Shown: positions 20,801-32,550 of the stretch, piece after piece
How positions within the stretch are numbered: position 1 is the first letter of the stretch
How the letters are laid out: each line of letters begins with the position of its first letter
Virus record (IMG/VR): IMGVR_UViG_3300017917_002374
Location: 186,001-250,000 of that record
Reading direction: 5' to 3' (one strand)
DNA: 64,000 bases
The notes under the pieces: generated by a model
Databases searched by the model: none
What the model saw: the letters and a program-made list of their open reading frames with translations, nothing else
Told to the model about the DNA's origin: nothing
Position numbers and translations under genes: made by a program

Positions 20801-23800
20801 CCAGGCAGTTTCAACCGGACCTTGATCCCCAATTGCCCAGCTAGAGCTCAGTCGCGTTGCATCAAAACTCACCGGAGCAAATTTTTCTGGGCTTTTTAGT
20901 TGCCCATATTCGTCAACTGGAATATATGTTGACAGTCCTGGTCTAGCGAATCTAGTATCAATACCTTGTCTTGTGCCTTCTGCAATAAAGCCTAGCTCTA
21001 GATCGTCCCACAGTACAGTATTTGATCCTGTGTACGGTGCCGGGCCATATCTATTTTCCCACCAAGAAGGCTTTTCGTAAAATCCCAGCATTTCCCAAGG
21101 AGCAAGATGAGGTCTATCTGTGTCAAAGAAATAGAAATATATTCCTCTCCAGAAGCCTGGTAAAAATTCGTCATCATTATCTTTTAAGAATTTGTAGTTC
21201 CAGGTCCATGCATTGTTACTTTGAAAAGTATCATTACTAGAGTAATTAACTGAATTAACTCCGACCCAACGCAGAAAATTTCTTGATAACAGTTGGTTAA
21301 ACTCTGCTAGAGAATAATTTATTTTTCTAAATTTACCAGGAATACTATCAATTATGTCAAGTATGGTATTGGTATATCGTACCTTGATATTGTTGTAAAT
21401 TCTTAATTCAAGTTCTAGTAATAAATCGTCTCTATAATCTCCAAATGTTGGCATGATACTACCGTCATGTCCTTGGATAACCTGTCTTGGAGTTTGATAA
21501 CTATCATCAATAAAAATGCTTGGCACATAACTAGGATACAACCCCAACTTACTAGGTGTTTCGGGAACATAACTTCCTACTGTGGTTGGTCTGTCAATTA
21601 ATTCAATGTATGACGTATAGGTCAACGTCACTGTTTCAGACAAGTCAATTGCAGCAATGTTTTGATTAAAAGTAAAATCTTTATTTTTTGCTAGTTGTCT
21701 ATAAGTGCCTGTAGCAGTATCTCCTAAGTATACTAATACACTGCGTCTGCTTGGCACTGTGTCATTGTACAAACTTGGAATTTGATATCTTAGTTGTCTG
21801 ATATCAACTATAGGAATTCTGCTGTTTGTAAAGGCTTTGCCATAAGGAACCATGTCGCTATCATACCAAGGCATGGTAGTATTTTTTCCTAGATTCACAA
21901 CTTCCATTATTTTATCAACTGCTTCAGGAATGTTACCAACGTTTATTTCAACTTTTAGAGATTGATCCAAAAATTTATTTTTAAACTTGGTGTACTCTTT
22001 TTGAGCGTATTCAATGGCTTCAATAAATTCAAAGCCTTGATCACCAAATGCCAGTCCACTGTACAATGCTGGCGAAGCATGTTGTAAAATACAGCCAGTC
22101 CAATCTTTAATTTCAAGATCTCTAAGATTATTTTTGGCTAAAATATTTCCAGACAACCCATAATTATTTTGACTCATTGCAATTAGATGCTGTCTTAACT
22201 GACCTAGAGTCAATGTATTAAAGTTTTTATTTTCGGTGTTTAAATCAATGTTTAACGGCAGTTGATAGTAGCCTAGCTCCGAAACACTAGAACTATAAAT
22301 TAAAATATCAACTTTACTAGGCGGATCAAAACTTAATTCATCTTGATTAATTACTACCACATCCAGCTGTTCATATTTGGTAACTGTGTACAAAGACTCA
22401 GCTAATAGTCTATTGTCAACATAAACTTTCAAATAAGGAATAGTTTCGCTGGCATTAGGATTAATATCTATCTGAAAATAATTTGTATTGCCATCAAAAA
22501 ATTTTGTAATAATCTGATACTGTTTGGTTTTTTCTGCCGTTTTTGTCCAAATGTTTCTATATACAAATCCACTGTCTGTTTTTTGTTTGAATAAAAATTG
22601 ATTTAATGGCAACGATGTAGATAGTTTGTTTTTAATAAAAGAAAAACTATCAGTGTCGTAGTTGTTTGCAAAAACGATATCTCCAACATTTTGGAAATTT
22701 TTATAACTTAATGCAAATCCTAGTTCTGCATCTCTCTGACCAGTTCCTTCTAGATAAGAAAATATCTTTGTTCCTTCAAATTTAGATCCAAGAAATGCAG
22801 TGGTGTCTGAAATAGAAGATCCGTCGTCATCAAACAGATCAAACAAAGGTGCTTGATTGTAAGATGTTTTTTGCTGTGCAGGGATCCATTCTTCTCCGGT
22901 ATACCAATACTGGTTATAAGTATTCACACCAGTTTGTCTTTGTTTTATTGCATTTTGTCCTGTAGTTGGCAGTGCCACAATAACTGTATCGTCACTTTCA
23001 TAAGTGTCAGGAGTAATGTCGTCAGTATTAATTACTCTTGATCGTGCATCTGTTATAAAAGCTATGGCCTTAGTAGCATAATTAAATGTCACAAGAAGCC
23101 CAGCAAACTCTGGTTGAGCATGATTTAATATTACATAATATTCAAATTCAGCAGCGCCAATTTGAATAGTGTCTACTCCAATCACTTTTGGTACAATTGA
23201 GCCAGTAGTTACACCGTTACCGGATGCATTGTACTCGCTGGTTACTGTCATTCCAACAATAATACCGTCTAGGTCAGATACTAATAGTCGGGCTGTACCA
23301 ACACTGGATGCTACCTTTGTTACTGCGGGCACAGCCGGCTCAACTGTTATTAGAGGAGCTGAAGTGTATTCTGCACCAACATTGTCAACAGAAATTGTTT
23401 GAATTTTACTTGGATTGAGATTAGTAGTTGCTGTGGTTGCAGTTGATATCTGTAATGCCAAACCTGCTGCTGCATTTATTCTTCTGTTTAATGTGATTTC
23501 ATTACTTACAGCATTTACAGTTTCAATTAACAATCCGTTACCAAGCGAGTCTGCAAGGTCGTTTACCAACATGCCTTTCTGTAGTCCTGTAACATCTTCA
23601 AGCACAATTGAAAAGGTATTGTTCACCGGTTGTTTAATAAAATAATTGCTTTTGAAGTCTCCAACAGGATTATTATCGCCAAAGAATCCTTCAACAAAAA
23701 ATCTATTTTTGGCTGTAATAAAGATTTTTGTACCTGCTGGTAGGTCAATTGATTCACCGTCAGAATCTAAACTGTCAATAGTACCATTAAGAGTGATTTC

Positions 23801-26800
23801 GTACTGAGTTTCAAAATTGCTATCAAGAACTTCTTGTACTCCTGCTACTTTGAGAATATTGGCCTGTGTTAATGCCACATCCATATAGTATTGATACAAA
23901 TTAGAATTTGGTCCAGTGGTGTCTGTACTTACATAAGGAACTCTTGAAAAATCTCTGTAGCTAACATTTTCGTTTTCCTCAACTACTAGAAAAACTAGCC
24001 AGTCTTCTTTAACATACGTGGCTTCGGGGACATTAGTCACAATCAATTTGTTACTTTGATATGTTGTTACAGATGCTGTGATTAACTCAACACTGGTAAT
24101 AACCTCAGTGGTTAGATCTTTGTTGAGTTGATATCCAGATCCAGCCGAAACTACCTTAAAATATTCAAGCACATTATCATTAAGCACCACTTCAGCGGTG
24201 GCTGCCAAAACACCCGAAGGAGAAATAGTAATAGATGGAATGGAAGTATAGCCTGCACCAGGATCAGTCACAGCTATTGCATAAACTTCGCTACTGTCTG
24301 TATAAACTGCGGCTTGAGCTTGTCTTCCTACAAATGACACTATAGTACCAACTTTTACACTCACTGGTCTTGATAGCAGAATACGATTTTCGTCTAACAA
24401 CTGTACAACTTTTATCTCTGGCTCAATTGTAAATGCGGCTGCTACTCCTCCAGTAATGTATGCAGTGTAATTTCTGCCATCTAATGTGACAGAACGTGCT
24501 TCATCTGCGTACAAGCGAAGGGTGAAAGGATCAATAACTTCAACCCAATAGGTGTTGTTATTCATCTCAACTGTGCCCAGTACACCTCTGATAGTGATCT
24601 CGTCACCATCAATTAAATTGTGAGCATCTGCAGTAGTAAGAACTACAGGATTATCAATTTCAATATTTGCAATATCAAGTGGAATTGAACCACCAGTAAT
24701 GTACATGTCAATTCCGGCCACATTACTGTTGTCAACTGTGATGGTCGTGCTGTTTCTAGATGTAGAGACTACAGTTGCAGTTTGCACCCCAGGTGGTTTA
24801 AAAATAAAATTACGATTGTTTTGAACTTGTACTAGGTCTGATACTTTTACAACCAGATTACCAAAAATATCTTCAATAGTGGCGTTCACAGGTACACCAT
24901 CGCCATACATTCTATAGCCAGTAGCAAGTCCTGTGACAGAGTTCAAAGATACCAATTGAGTGCTAAAAACTGCGCTGTTTCCATACACAGCTTTAAGAGT
25001 CACTGCTGTTGCTTCGGCTGCTTTAAAAACCAACTGTACATCGTTTGACAGTGATGCCGGACTAGAAATTAAAATTGAACTTCCGCCTAGCACATTATTA
25101 ATCACTGTACCTCCAGTGATCCCGCTGCCGTAGATCAGCTGTCCGGCTTCTAGACCAGTGGTGTTATTGAGCACAATGATATTGCTCGTAAAAGTAGCAG
25201 TGTTTCCGTAGACTGTTAATTTTTCTAAGCTATTAGGGCTGCTAATGTTAGCTGTGGCCATGGTCCCAATACCAGAACCGCCATTGGTAATACGCACATA
25301 GTCAACATGTTTGTACGTAGAATATACAGGATCAATACGGGCATCTTGTGTGTTGGGAGTATCAATCTTGACAAACGGGTCTGCAACAAAATTTAATCCT
25401 CTGTAGTTAACCGTGACATTAGCTACGCTAGTAGACTCCATTATTACTGTGCCTGTAGCTTGTACTGCACCTATGCTGGGAACTGGTCTAGAGAAAGTTA
25501 CTGCGGGTACAAAATCGTACAAAGGCGCTACCGAATAATCTACTCCTCTAGAAACAATTTCGTAATTGCTTATAGATCCGTTTTCAATAGTAACCGTGAT
25601 TTCTGCCCCGGTTCCTGCACCACCACCAACAAATCCAACTTCTGGGGTGCTTCTATAGTTAATTCCAACATTACTAAAAACTAAATCTTGTATTTCTCCA
25701 GTCACAGGATCCACAATAAGAGTAGCTGCGGCAGGAAAATCTGGATTTCCGCCTATAAAAGTAACTGTGGTATCTTCTATTATTTGAGTAGAAGATACTG
25801 TGTACGTAGGCAATAATTCAGTACTCTCGCTGACTAAATGAATCTGTGTTCTATCCGCAATAGAAATAAATTCTACTTTAAAAATTTTGTTTCTGACTTC
25901 AGGATTCTTGTCAGCAGCAAAAATTATTCTTGTTCCGTCAGTTAAAGGACGTGATACATTATTAGGCAAAGTAATCACATAGGTCTCTTTACCTTCAACT
26001 TCTTTGAATGCATCTGTAATTGTGTAATCTAAAACGTCAACTGGTGCTTTGGCTCGTTGTCCATAATTGAATAGATACAAGTCTGATTCAAATTCAATAA
26101 TTGGACGTATTGCTCTTATTGGAGTCTCAAGCAACAAATTTGGATTGTCATTATATTGTGCTGCCAACTCAATTAATTCACTATGAAACCAACGGTTGCT
26201 TCTGCTCCAGGCATTTAGATCTCTACTTCCTCTTGACACAGTAATATAATCAGGAGTAGTTAGATTGTCATTCAATGCATATTCCTCTGGTACTGTAAGA
26301 TTGCCAGTTCCAACCAGTCGTATGCTTTTGCCAACACCTTCAACAATATAAACACTGTCTGCGTATTCGCTAGGAAATGCAGTATTATCAAATCGTATTT
26401 TTAATCCATTGGTAAATCTTACACCATTTGGACTTGTATAATTTTTTCTACCAAGAATCACCCCTTCAACATCTAGACGTGCATCAGTAGGTTCAATAAG
26501 TTTAATAACACCACCATAACTGTCGCTATTTGCATCTTGATAGTATAGTTCGGTAAGAGGCGATGTAATTTGCTTTACTCTTTCCCAATAGCCTTCTGCA
26601 TTTTTTATAAATTCAACTCCGGCATTATTAGTACCGCCGCTGATATAAACTTTTTCGTTAATGTTTACAGACTGTAGATGTTCTAGCTGTACTAGTCCAT
26701 TATTAGTGCCTATGTTTGTTATTCTAATACGAAAAATATCGTATCTTTTTGATAATGGCAATAGATCACCTTGTTCGTATCCGCTTTCAACAAAAGGTGC

Positions 26801-27760
26801 TCCTTGGTCGTACTTGTCAAAATCAAAAGTGCCTTTGTCTGTCCAATCAGTATCGTTTTCTGATCTTGAAAGGAATATTAAGGTTGATCCATCTAATGAT
26901 CTAGCAGTAGCACCATCAATGCCGCCTGACTGTCTAATTATTGTAAGCAGATGATTTTGAACTCTAGAGTATGATAAATCCGTAGCATAATTTACTGTGG
27001 CTATTCTTGATGCGAATCGTTCGGCATCCTGTGCATTTGATGCTGGAACGGAAAATACAACTACACCGTTGTCTTCACCATTGTTTTCAACTCCAAAAAC
27101 TTCTCTTGACAAAGCTTCGGCTTCGGTTGATCTAGTACCAGTTTTTCCTGGCTCGGTTTGAATCCAAAAACCATTGCCTGGTTGGTTTACTGTGAATCTA
27201 TAGGTATTGCCTTTGACCAGAGTTAAAACTGGATTAGGATCTCTGCCATCACTAGAAAGTGTATAAGCTGTTTGTTTTGAATCACGAGCTACGGAAAAAT
27301 TTAATACTTCCGTAATGGCACTGGCACTTACTGCCACTTCTGGTGGTCCGTCAGGCAACCAATAATATTGATTAAAGTTAACAAACTTATCAAAGTCAAA
27401 CAGACCATTGAAATTGTAACTTTCGTTTTCAAAAAGTCTGCTGTGGTCATTGGTTAGACCACCGTAGTAATTAATTTTTTGAATTAAATCAATGTAGCTG
27501 GAATAGAATTCTACATTTTTGTTTTGATCCTGTACTACGAAACTGGCCTCAAGTTGATAATTCTGTCTGTCTTGTGTGGGTTCTTCTATGTACGAATCAT
27601 TATACTTAAAAGTTGGAGCAAATTTACGTCCTACAAATCCGTCAATTTTTTTTAAGTCAGGTTCTGAAATCAACTGATCAACAGTTGCAGCCAAAAACTT
27701 TTTGTTGGTGTCGGATCTAAATATTTCTGGTAGTAAATTAATACTTTTAATTGAGGCCAT
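8894..27760 (-). CDS. Giant (6,288 aa) baseplate wedge-associated protein, positionally gp7-like
   Basis: Uninterrupted 18.9-kb ORF directly after gp25 and gp6; GGGGTGATATA / GSGYTxxPTV modules; seven FG-type propeller blades; late promoter upstream. The gp7 assignment is by synteny only. Confidence 0.7.
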   Translation of the reverse strand: MASIKSINLLPEIFRSDTNKKFLAATVDQLISEPDLKKIDGFVGRKFAPTFKYNDSYIEEPTQDRQNYQLEASFVVQDQNKNVEFYSSYIDLIQKINYYGGLTNDHSRLFENESYNFNGLFDFDKFVNFNQYYWLPDGPPEVAVSASAITEVLNFSVARDSKQTAYTLSSDGRDPNPVLTLVKGNTYRFTVNQPGNGFWIQTEPGKTGTRSTEAEALSREVFGVENNGEDNGVVVFSVPASNAQDAERFASRIATVNYATDLSYSRVQNHLLTIIRQSGGIDGATARSLDGSTLIFLSRSENDTDWTDKGTFDFDKYDQGAPFVESGYEQGDLLPLSKRYDIFRIRITNIGTNNGLVQLEHLQSVNINEKVYISGGTNNAGVEFIKNAEGYWERVKQITSPLTELYYQDANSDSYGGVIKLIEPTDARLDVEGVILGRKNYTSPNGVRFTNGLKIRFDNTAFPSEYADSVYIVEGVGKSIRLVGTGNLTVPEEYALNDNLTTPDYITVSRGSRDLNAWSRSNRWFHSELIELAAQYNDNPNLLLETPIRAIRPIIEFESDLYLFNYGQRAKAPVDVLDYTITDAFKEVEGKETYVITLPNNVSRPLTDGTRIIFAADKNPEVRNKIFKVEFISIADRTQIHLVSESTELLPTYTVSSTQIIEDTTVTFIGGNPDFPAAATLIVDPVTGEIQDLVFSNVGINYRSTPEVGFVGGGAGTGAEITVTIENGSISNYEIVSRGVDYSVAPLYDFVPAVTFSRPVPSIGAVQATGTVIMESTSVANVTVNYRGLNFVADPFVKIDTPNTQDARIDPVYSTYKHVDYVRITNGGSGIGTMATANISSPNSLEKLTVYGNTATFTSNIIVLNNTTGLEAGQLIYGSGITGGTVINNVLGGSSILISSPASLSNDVQLVFKAAEATAVTLKAVYGNSAVFSTQLVSLNSVTGLATGYRMYGDGVPVNATIEDIFGNLVVKVSDLVQVQNNRNFIFKPPGVQTATVVSTSRNSTTITVDNSNVAGIDMYITGGSIPLDIANIEIDNPVVLTTADAHNLIDGDEITIRGVLGTVEMNNNTYWVEVIDPFTLRLYADEARSVTLDGRNYTAYITGGVAAAFTIEPEIKVVQLLDENRILLSRPVSVKVGTIVSFVGRQAQAAVYTDSSEVYAIAVTDPGAGYTSIPSITISPSGVLAATAEVVLNDNVLEYFKVVSAGSGYQLNKDLTTEVITSVELITASVTTYQSNKLIVTNVPEATYVKEDWLVFLVVEENENVSYRDFSRVPYVSTDTTGPNSNLYQYYMDVALTQANILKVAGVQEVLDSNFETQYEITLNGTIDSLDSDGESIDLPAGTKIFITAKNRFFVEGFFGDNNPVGDFKSNYFIKQPVNNTFSIVLEDVTGLQKGMLVNDLADSLGNGLLIETVNAVSNEITLNRRINAAAGLALQISTATTATTNLNPSKIQTISVDNVGAEYTSAPLITVEPAVPAVTKVASSVGTARLLVSDLDGIIVGMTVTSEYNASGNGVTTGSIVPKVIGVDTIQIGAAEFEYYVILNHAQPEFAGLLVTFNYATKAIAFITDARSRVINTDDITPDTYESDDTVIVALPTTGQNAIKQRQTGVNTYNQYWYTGEEWIPAQQKTSYNQAPLFDLFDDDGSSISDTTAFLGSKFEGTKIFSYLEGTGQRDAELGFALSYKNFQNVGDIVFANNYDTDSFSFIKNKLSTSLPLNQFLFKQKTDSGFVYRNIWTKTAEKTKQYQIITKFFDGNTNYFQIDINPNASETIPYLKVYVDNRLLAESLYTVTKYEQLDVVVINQDELSFDPPSKVDILIYSSSVSELGYYQLPLNIDLNTENKNFNTLTLGQLRQHLIAMSQNNYGLSGNILAKNNLRDLEIKDWTGCILQHASPALYSGLAFGDQGFEFIEAIEYAQKEYTKFKNKFLDQSLKVEINVGNIPEAVDKIMEVVNLGKNTTMPWYDSDMVPYGKAFTNSRIPIVDIRQLRYQIPSLYNDTVPSRRSVLVYLGDTATGTYRQLAKNKDFTFNQNIAAIDLSETVTLTYTSYIELIDRPTTVGSYVPETPSKLGLYPSYVPSIFIDDSYQTPRQVIQGHDGSIMPTFGDYRDDLLLELELRIYNNIKVRYTNTILDIIDSIPGKFRKINYSLAEFNQLLSRNFLRWVGVNSVNYSSNDTFQSNNAWTWNYKFLKDNDDEFLPGFWRGIYFYFFDTDRPHLAPWEMLGFYEKPSWWENRYGPAPYTGSNTVLWDDLELGFIAEGTRQGIDTRFARPGLSTYIPVDEYGQLKSPEKFAPVSFDATRLSSSWAIGDQGPVETAWRRSSEYPYALQIAIALSRPAFYFGSLMNTVGYLRDSNIDQLVLADTKQRVNKDNFTIPDDGLNSGVVTLTAGYINWVRDWFTNKAIDGTAKINNLVRNVEVKLSYKMAGYSDNNFLTVIADQSSPVSNASSIILPPENYKIFLNKSAPVEKIIYSAVVIERTTTGFAVRGYDLEQPYFTIIPSKRNNNVFSIDAIEETAIVYRDFEFTKVIVPYGFEFATKQQVVDFLISYGRYLTAQGLIFDTFNPDLETKQTWILSAQEFLVWSQQGWASGNLLVLSPVFNSIKIINTAGVVDHVVNSISASKILDQNFNIIKNSQFSVLRDDNVFQITSVFGHTIGLAVFNLVQYEHVLLMDNSTVFGDIVYQPELGNRQYRLRLIGNKTNNWTGQLNPGGFVYNNDIIDEWQPGRNYRKSALISFKEKFYFAISEVPASTEFDFTYWSNIDKAKIKTGLLPNFSYNAEKFNSIYNIDDTVADADLDSLSSGITGFRERSYFQDFKLDNVSQTKFYQGYIKQKGSINAIDALTTARFNNLFSNIELYEEWALRVGDYGALGSDQAVEFQLLEQDLKNNPSTLVLKNKTDVDQEGLINVEISQLYYAPDNLTDKNIISLRQDVKTRLSDAVTAGYPRLDDVDATIFDITDYASYADLVNIIGAGFKIWVARDFNKDWNVYRVNETDVLINQFQIGLDNRITVTTNVPHGLVAGTVIVVKNFDIDYNGFYQVTAVTNNDQFVVEGYQNLQRLRSQQFVDGTGVLLTLVSVRFSRINQLVDFVPRHGWRDKDKIWIDNDIGNNLWAVFEKNAGWTFDKILPLREGEAQSQQGYGEAIAINNDQRLVISGAKDYSDGGVSGIRVINPGFLYEVPEATFSAPDLENGKNVTATLDTESGTLLTARLTASGNNYDLLPNIEIVDFNVATTSSNTYQSNTIPISSLSVSVTKSVSANVISSKSVVLTNSNDIWVGDVVTGNDGTGNTVASAVVAGINYSSNTITLTDSITWSIVNSQPLTFTHSRVFLNDIVTGDDGTGNVIPENTRITAINTLTGTVETGPILINFNSEATLNFSRGSGGNVQARLAPTFISSVEVINGGSGFVTPPVVEVVGGGGVGAQIIVNLITTGAGTGSINSCTILNPGTGFTSPPEINLITTNTNHGAILRVKLAPSSVETLLVAATGQNYRFPRLQFSTVSGGTGAGATGNINVTNGSVTIAQLREFGQGYTNKPTVIITDSIGNGIDCELEIVKTTGAVRTFQLDEGSFTQVQNLITFGLDAEEFGFSLELGSGYGYVGAPGSFDQQGAVLISKSTGSNWISQQVLHPAELDSNNRFGHALAVSDDENWLYVGAPGANKVYVYAAKSTPTNQQKIEVITNQISYITNYVLVKTSAEVKVVGDSGKLYEPDFDYTVIAGVLTFRNFGTIQNENFLYLSQIYPTTAITPTVIRGILQTSYVLATTPVEIEQINVVGASGRIFIPGVDYSLTGVTLNFLNNDFATEATLAVNVLTKYYILVTTLEPTDQIVWEAGVQSNSVARQLLAATVDTYSAMVAGSYQVGDIVKVLNTDGANSGSYQLYKKLVGGAFALQGTENRKVTRGVAKFGWSLAIDKEGYQVAIGAPEAGATDDNTDIIRVGKVYIFDREYQVFVGSVSGSTNTYKTLRDIAGVTKITIDGFELSQGIDYEVGSVGQSGISNIVLINGGANYTSAPTVVITGGGGTGATATASIDVTTGKVTGVIVTNAGSGYTSVPTVVLSGGGPVDLEDIATAYVVLPEQTTITFTTAPRSGAKIKVDVNQFSLIQKIENPDIVKDSYFGQSVAVDQSRKNIFVGAPGYRDVDYYNGKVYRFVNKPLVFGKEVGDNANITVLQGDYIRINDIPVVFQESDGNSEKVAKDINNRAITGIFARTDGVSNLVFLSDLGTPLRGTGYFESNVAIVIDAPDQIENGINATVGNITLFANGAIDSFEITNRGSGYTFAPTVTVTGANTVLARMSSTIGTSQITILANATAKSNSINILPGAGTALEDIGFSIYTPVQEFRHPELGAPERFGTLIKLDNVTGETLVVSSEGGVTLKKSTFDNQATVFDKDTTRFIDLLKNSGAVYIYDYLPIPNETIEAPSQYLYNQVLQNSRIFFDDNFGSGIEIRNNWIIVGATKSDYYNDNAGLLHLFINPNEQKGWSKLRSRTDKVDIDYINQGFLYNRKTQTIVTDLDYFDPAKGKILGIADQDLDYKTIYDPAVYNRGNGTTQTFDENSVWNDLHVGKTWWNLDKCRYIDYEQGDLSYRTTFWGELFPGSEIEVCEWVESFVLPSEYQTLIGDGEALYADDTAYVEFNFLDNQSGLIRTKYYYWVKNKITVDIVRTKRSNSVASLAKIIADPKSQNLPYFAVVGSNAFSLYNVNRYLLADEIIFKIDYGITVNENIAHSEYELVQQGNALSPVPEKYINKLIDSLAGENIVGEVIPDLSLRESTRYGIALRPRQSMIKDTIKATEVFVDYVNRFLKEQLIVKYKDLSILKNAEPIPPDAAGFYNLIVDTKDELLYVQTEELQAGYKVLVRSDADYEAYWTIYEYTPDSDYSVWTLIRIQSYDSSRYWFYADWYAGGYNETTTIDYIVQEFKDIVTLNLVPGNIIKVLDDGNGQFELYLANADLSLTIVGVENGTIQISTALYDYDLSLVGFDNAPFDNVGFAKTIALELRNIVQGLISGIFTDTDTIQINKLFFTLVNYILSEQRSLDWLIKTSLVSVVHKIRKLETFSSYIRDEQDYFENYINEVKPYRTQLRNYLLDYEGTDITNANTTDFDLSSIYDIDQRNYRVLDINNTTDANLIANSFAVSWSVNYKYVLESVIVINGGEGYIRAPSVFIIGGGGTGATAVATIDNSTGSVIEIDLISRGTGYTSQPSIIIEGGGGFGAKGYVVLSSIGGDVSSSTVNKTVRNIKTLISFDRVTYASKVTKWKPYTTYHTDDIVVVSDVTSVFFNNLPDQALPRYNYAYKVLKTVLGSGTLDLNLFNDASVVQKLSGIDIDNAIDRIAVYNQPGSPDIATLYSSPDSQRLDASNTNEAAVSQNNEWNKVLHSGGVSYLHEYQYLAIGNRALLAVSQTGETWTYIPVRESDIDLRDGCFFDGNVWVVVGNQGSLLTSTNALTWTKEQVTEFKFSPDANNPEGAVQQNANQVVDFVGVASAATTRSKYVVAVGNGNSVLVNPYNTSEDVAQGWYSAKPQPNIFVFPRQLLAVHAIDFGTLTDNNGTQYTVDLQSSGYFTSGTQSLMKQGFVIVGGVNGNMFITSYNRLDDLIQGYAKSYNYDSGKLTNQSYPWISMAVPAEIRGQGDGVSGEQINGIAVSTTFDRYIVAVGSAGTLIWNRIDSPLEVQTGTADLASDTIGKTVVDHGIYVYKNFRYFNADNFVSPLTPSALEKIDLTDIAWDNEKFVVTGTGSTTIWGYPGSQSEAYIDLGNINPILSAESRAGASSETLARWDAVVSATTAEIVINGSALIGWIIPGMTVTSTHLPADSVVTTANYDSNTDEWTVNVAFASTSFSSRTGQSISFAYVFTANIPVGTTLTFTGPNNEIKTLVTSRAASRGENTVYVSGFDKVAANWTISGTGIPTGARIKQIGRFPAFTWQYAEGSGRNLNIDYNSISVNTTTVRISQPFTANIPVGSLITLFDTTGLKSQYVTTQALPKNSRTLVFANAVAITSGFTLEANTTLGIQGGTSVIGAKLYTIGGVLNHLAKDIPDLIPGTSYSGVKVFGQPFTETASDILSLDTTISSEYTDTNLGTRPEDIVINGGQFIDTYSSHAPEELVPGQVIDSLQMNVFTANVINGNVDYGNVIAYKIFTDYKNPTVYYRLSQANTTVLASSLAYDDTEIIVEDVTKLPEPNAVLNEPGSIWINAERINYFGRDVGRNAITDIRRGASRTSIPLVHEVGSLISDASQAQEITRDTVLTILSDLTVNNGFSGDANSVTYQTSISNQVPQSSIWLEPGT

Positions 27761-27789
27761 CTTTTTGTTCTCTCAAAAACTTAATATAT

Positions 27790-27795
27790 TATTTA
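27790..27795 (-). promoter_or_regulatory. Late promoter TAAATA
   Basis: tattta 30 nt upstream of the giant gene ATG. Confidence 0.55.
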
Positions 27796-27804
27796 ATCAT
27801 AAAA

Positions 27805-30800
27805 TTAAAGCAGATTTGCAGCAGTGATAGCTGAAATAATTTCAACATTATCTACTGTGGCGCAACTTATCATAATTTCATCTGGTTCGGCATTTATTTG
27901 ATACAGATTACCAAAACTTAGTCCATTATTTGAAGGCACAATGATCACACTGGCAATTTTGGGAGTAAGTACCTGGTGCAAATAAGCACTGAGTTCACTA
28001 AAAAAGAACGGCTCGCCAAAGTCCCAGTTGGCTACATCAAAATATTGATTGATTGCAGATATTACCGCGGTCTTTATATCGTTATCGCTTACAACCACAT
28101 TGGCATTTTTAACCACTTTGAATGTTGCTCTTAAACTAGGATCTGCTTTGGCACCAAACAACGGTTTAAATCTTGCACTGGCAAATATCAAAGAATCGCT
28201 AATGGCTTTGTAATTGTCTAGTATACCATACTGAAGTTGTAGTTCTTCTGTTGTGGGCTGTTCAGGTTGAATCACTCGATCAGTGCTGTCTTGTGCCCAT
28301 GCTTGATAATCAGCAGCATACTGCTTGGTTAGCACATAAAGGTCAATAATGTTGTTTGGGCTTGGGTCAATTCTGCGTGTGGCCGGAGCTGTGTGTCTAT
28401 ACTGGAAGTACAAATCCTGTCTACCTTGTAATAATAGATAGGTTTCACCGTTTTCTGATGATTCTAAAGCCTTGCTGGTAATGTTTGCAATCGTGGTTAT
28501 TACCAAAGTGTAGAATAAATTTTCGCCACTGGCATAGAACACTTGCCCGTCGTCATATTGATCAATAACATCAACAATGTCTGCCTGCGATACAAAGCCG
28601 GTTTCAACCACACCATCATCTATTATTTGATATGTAATATAGCTGCTGGCTGTATACAATTTTCTAAAGAAAATCTTTTTCTGTGTAGGATTGACCTCAG
28701 GGTTTACAATTTCTTTAAACAAATCAGGATTGTCCGGAACACCATCTCTGTTGGTGTCAGGGTATTTCACATAAATTTTACTGGTGTTTTCGTAACCATC
28801 TGCATCAATAATCATTTTGTAGATAAAGAAAATTTTATCATCGTACAGTGATCCAGTTTGATCGGGTGCAGAATTTGATCTTAGAACTTTAATTTGATCA
28901 TTTATAACTTGAGCACTTTTTGGATCGTAGACTCTAACCTTGGGATCAAAATAAAACTTGGTTTCTCTTTTGCTCTCAAACACATAGTTTATCTGTCTGT
29001 AATATAATTTGTATCCAAGATTGGTACTTACAAATGCCACAAGCCAGCTACTATCAAGACTGCTAGATGTAGTGTCGCCTGCCCTTGCTTCATTATATTC
29101 TGCATTTATTCCTGAATTACCTAATAAAGGACTACCGGACTGAGAAAGTTTCAAATCTTGCGGCTGTATCACTTTCCATGCTTTGTTCAGTTGATCAAAT
29201 CTTAATCCAAAGTTTTTCTTGCTGTTTACCAGTGTGGCTGCGGATCTAAGAATGTCATTAGGAATCACATTGTAAATCTGAGGAATAATTTCATCAATGT
29301 ATGCACCCGGAGGGACAAAAGTACTCAGAGAAATAGGACCTGGCGTGTTTGCTGTGATAATGCCATTGGCAGTTCCGTCACCTTCAATCTTGACCACAGT
29401 GGCATAGATGTACACACGATCACCAGCAACACTAGGAGTACCAGATTTTATATCGTTGGTTTTGTCAAAATAAGCTGGGTCAATAGTAACATCTGCTGAT
29501 GCACGAAACTTGATGATTGAACCTTTGGTTATGAATCGCAAGGCTGTTGAACTGGCTGTGCCAACTTTCACCGGAGTGGCAAAGGAATTGAGCAGTTCTG
29601 CAGATCTATAGTTTGCAGATGTGGTAAAATATCCTGTGCTTTGATTTGTACCTGTGGTAAGTTGTACCCAGTTGGTGTCAAAAATGGTTCCGTTGACCGC
29701 AGCATCGCGTGTGTTGTATCTAGGAAATTTTTCATAGATAAACTGTGTGAACGAAACGTAGTTATCCACCAGCAGTTTGTTATTAATTACCTGATTAAGA
29801 CTGCCCACTACATCTCCATTTGTTGGAGGCACATAGTCTTGGGCATCAATAGTTTCTTGTCTATACAAGGCACCGTCTTCACCAAACACATTGGTTGAGC
29901 TGTATTTGCCTGTGACATCAATAGTATCAAGATATCTACTCACACCAGAGCTGCTTCTATTTGTTGCTTTGATTTTGATTATGTTATTGAACAGCGTGAA
30001 AGGCAAGATATTATAATCTTCGCCTGTGACCATGCGGTTCTGTGTGTAATACTGTTGTGGGGCTTTGGTTTTAATATCGTCTAGTGTTTCGCGTGAACTT
30101 GCATTGTTCACAGTGTATTGTAAACTGGCTCTAATGCTAAGAGTCTCAGCTCTGCCTGCCTTGCTTACATAAGTCAGAGGTATGATTATACTCTGCATTT
30201 CTTCAGGAGTGATCTTGTAGCTCAGCCCATTGCTCACACGATAGTATAATCTAAATGTACCAATAGGTATGTTTGCGAATGCACCGTCGCCGAACACTAC
30301 GTCAACTTGGTCGTTGGCTCTTGTATTAATTTGGTAAATGTTTCTTTCAAGACTGTTGTTATAGATAACGTTAAATCCTGCCACGTTTGGAACTTCAGTC
30401 CACTTTTCATTTGGCTCCCCATTTGCGTCCAGTTTAAACAACCAAATGTCAGTATTGTTGATGTTATCAACGTTCACGCTCACAGTTCTATTTGGAAGAC
30501 TGTCTGTAAGAGTAAAATCCAACTGCCCAATATCTCCTTGTTTGAAATACAAGAACCAGCCGGTGTTCTCGCTGTCATTACCAAGATTGTCGTTGCGATA
30601 CAATATGTTAAAAATTCTTGATGGGTTCGGATCTCGTTCGTAAAGATAACTTTGATTCACACTGGTAGGACTAACCACTTCAAAATTCATGTTTGAAGTT
30701 TCTACCAAGGTTTGGAACTTGAATGCTGGAACAATGTTTGGCAGTAGATTGATACTGTATTCTTCTGTACGTACTCCGCCAATGTTCTGTGTATTGCCTG

Positions 30801-31317
30801 GTTTGCCCACAGTCTGACTGTTTATTAGTGCTGTGTTAACAATCAAGCTAAACTGTTCTAACCAGTTGTCGTTACCAGGGTCATTCCATGACACAGGTAA
30901 ATTGCTAAGGTTGGTTCCGTTGCTGTCAAATAGATTTTCTGAAGTAAACACTGCTTCAAATTTTAGCAATCCAGAAGCATTAGTATTTCTTTTAGGATTG
31001 TAGCTGATCAATCTAGCCAGCTTGAGCACACTGTCTCTACGCTCAGCAGTGTCCAAAAAGTTTTCTCTTGCATTCAGATCGGTTCTAAATGCCAAACTTT
31101 GTCCTAGAAAGGCTATAAGATCTATCAAAGCAATGTATTCACTGCTTTCTAAGAAGTCGTTAAAATCTTCAGGATAGTAAGTGCGCAAGTAATCGATCAT
31201 GCTCTTGCGTAGAGTTTCAAAGTCGTAGCTTTGAAAGTCTGCATTTTGAAAACTTTGATAGATTTTTTTCCAGTCCTGCTGGATCAGTAGATTAGTTTGT
31301 CGTGTGGTAGCTGCCAT
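27805..31317 (-). CDS. gp6: Baseplate wedge subunit, T4 gp6-like
   Basis: DFQSYDFETLRKSMIDYLR…FLESSEYIALIDLIAFLGQ…ENFLDTAERRDSVLKLARLISYNPKR; FGDGAF; RMVTGEDY; follows gp25. Confidence 0.88.
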   Translation of the reverse strand: MAATTRQTNLLIQQDWKKIYQSFQNADFQSYDFETLRKSMIDYLRTYYPEDFNDFLESSEYIALIDLIAFLGQSLAFRTDLNARENFLDTAERRDSVLKLARLISYNPKRNTNASGLLKFEAVFTSENLFDSNGTNLSNLPVSWNDPGNDNWLEQFSLIVNTALINSQTVGKPGNTQNIGGVRTEEYSINLLPNIVPAFKFQTLVETSNMNFEVVSPTSVNQSYLYERDPNPSRIFNILYRNDNLGNDSENTGWFLYFKQGDIGQLDFTLTDSLPNRTVSVNVDNINNTDIWLFKLDANGEPNEKWTEVPNVAGFNVIYNNSLERNIYQINTRANDQVDVVFGDGAFANIPIGTFRLYYRVSNGLSYKITPEEMQSIIIPLTYVSKAGRAETLSIRASLQYTVNNASSRETLDDIKTKAPQQYYTQNRMVTGEDYNILPFTLFNNIIKIKATNRSSSGVSRYLDTIDVTGKYSSTNVFGEDGALYRQETIDAQDYVPPTNGDVVGSLNQVINNKLLVDNYVSFTQFIYEKFPRYNTRDAAVNGTIFDTNWVQLTTGTNQSTGYFTTSANYRSAELLNSFATPVKVGTASSTALRFITKGSIIKFRASADVTIDPAYFDKTNDIKSGTPSVAGDRVYIYATVVKIEGDGTANGIITANTPGPISLSTFVPPGAYIDEIIPQIYNVIPNDILRSAATLVNSKKNFGLRFDQLNKAWKVIQPQDLKLSQSGSPLLGNSGINAEYNEARAGDTTSSSLDSSWLVAFVSTNLGYKLYYRQINYVFESKRETKFYFDPKVRVYDPKSAQVINDQIKVLRSNSAPDQTGSLYDDKIFFIYKMIIDADGYENTSKIYVKYPDTNRDGVPDNPDLFKEIVNPEVNPTQKKIFFRKLYTASSYITYQIIDDGVVETGFVSQADIVDVIDQYDDGQVFYASGENLFYTLVITTIANITSKALESSENGETYLLLQGRQDLYFQYRHTAPATRRIDPSPNNIIDLYVLTKQYAADYQAWAQDSTDRVIQPEQPTTEELQLQYGILDNYKAISDSLIFASARFKPLFGAKADPSLRATFKVVKNANVVVSDNDIKTAVISAINQYFDVANWDFGEPFFFSELSAYLHQVLTPKIASVIIVPSNNGLSFGNLYQINAEPDEIMISCATVDNVEIISAITAANLL

Positions 31318-31336
31318 GTGAATAACCCATTTCTAG

Positions 31337-31343
31337 TATTTAT
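31337..31343 (-). promoter_or_regulatory. Late promoter ATAAATA
   Basis: tatttat 20 nt upstream of the gp6 ATG. Confidence 0.6.
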
Positions 31344-31364
31344 TCACTGTAAAATATGCTACTT

Positions 31365-31760
31365 TTAATTGGATGCGTTTCCGTACACCCCGGTGCTGAT
31401 GGTGCGACTGTCGCGATCAAAATTCAGCAGCAGTGTGCTGGTGTAGTTTTCAATAAGATAGGTAACCACTAGTGTGACTTGCACACCCTGTTGATATTCA
31501 TCAATTTGTATGCTGTCAACTGCCAGTCTCGGGTCGTAAGTGGCTATGCGCTTAACATCGTCGGTGATGGCCTTGCGCACATCGTCGGTAAAAGGCTCAA
31601 ACAGAAGACCCCAAATTATAGTTCCAAATTCAGGATTCATTAGCTTTTCGCCTTTACGAATGTTAAAATGATTGAACAGATCCTGTTTAACCAATTCAAA
31701 ATCAGTTAGTTTATATTTTTTATAGCGATTGTAAGTGCTAAATCCGTTGTAAAGTGCCAT
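31365..31760 (-). CDS. gp25: Baseplate wedge subunit gp25
   Basis: LVKQDLFNHFNIRKGEKLMNPEFGTIIWGLLFEP…YDPRL (GPW/gp25 family signature). Confidence 0.9.
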   Translation of the reverse strand: MALYNGFSTYNRYKKYKLTDFELVKQDLFNHFNIRKGEKLMNPEFGTIIWGLLFEPFTDDVRKAITDDVKRIATYDPRLAVDSIQIDEYQQGVQVTLVVTYLIENYTSTLLLNFDRDSRTISTGVYGNASN

Positions 31761-31767
31761 AGTATTT

Positions 31768-31774
31768 TATTTAT
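31768..31774 (-). promoter_or_regulatory. Late promoter ATAAATA
   Basis: tatttat only 7 nt upstream of the gp25 ATG. Confidence 0.6.
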
Positions 31775-31776
31775 TT

Positions 31777-32550
31777 TTAATTCACCCTGGCCAGTACGTC
31801 AATAGCATATCTACCTAGTAGAAAAAACACAGTTCCATAGTTTCCATTGATATCTTTGCCGCTGCCTGTACTACGCCATCGTTTGGCGCCTGGATCTAGC
31901 TCCGTTCCAAGATCAGGACCAAGTATATGTGCTACACACAACATACCAGCAATAGTGCAAAGATTATCATCAGATTTGATTGCACCATTTTTTTCCATGG
32001 TTTGATAGTTTTTTTCTAGTAAATCAAACATGCTGTTTTCTTGCACACCTTGACTTCTGAAGTAACTTTCAAGATTGTTGACACCGTCTTTGCCTGTCCA
32101 AGCTGAAGCTTTTTTTACAGCTTCTGATCCAAACAAATCAATGTATTCATTTTTAACATACCCAAGATCAGTAAGGATTTTAGCACTCAGTTGATACTTG
32201 CCCACATAATTGGCCGGACCAATAAACCGATAACTGGATCCGCTGGTTGCGTTTGCTATCATGGTCTTTATAGCTTTCACATGCAGTCTAGATAATCTAC
32301 CAATTCCTTCTGGCGGTTCAGGGTTGAGTACGCTGGCCAACACATGTTTTGGCACTTGCAAATTCAAAGATAAAACTTGATTTTTTGAAATCTGTGGACC
32401 AGGATCCAGTATTTCTTCGCCGCTGGTTAAAAATAAACCATTAGGAAGTTTTATAGGATTGCCTGATGCGTCTCTAACCACATTGTTTGGAATACATTCT
32501 TCTTCAATTTTTTGTCGCACTGGAAGACTTATATCATTAACGCTGGACAT
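31777..32550 (-). CDS. Lysozyme-like (tail-associated) domain protein
   Basis: YVGKYQL motif, LCTIAGMLCVAHILG helix, and position abutting gp5; catalytic Glu not evident. Confidence 0.5.
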   Translation of the reverse strand: MSSVNDISLPVRQKIEEECIPNNVVRDASGNPIKLPNGLFLTSGEEILDPGPQISKNQVLSLNLQVPKHVLASVLNPEPPEGIGRLSRLHVKAIKTMIANATSGSSYRFIGPANYVGKYQLSAKILTDLGYVKNEYIDLFGSEAVKKASAWTGKDGVNNLESYFRSQGVQENSMFDLLEKNYQTMEKNGAIKSDDNLCTIAGMLCVAHILGPDLGTELDPGAKRWRSTGSGKDINGNYGTVFFLLGRYAIDVLARVN

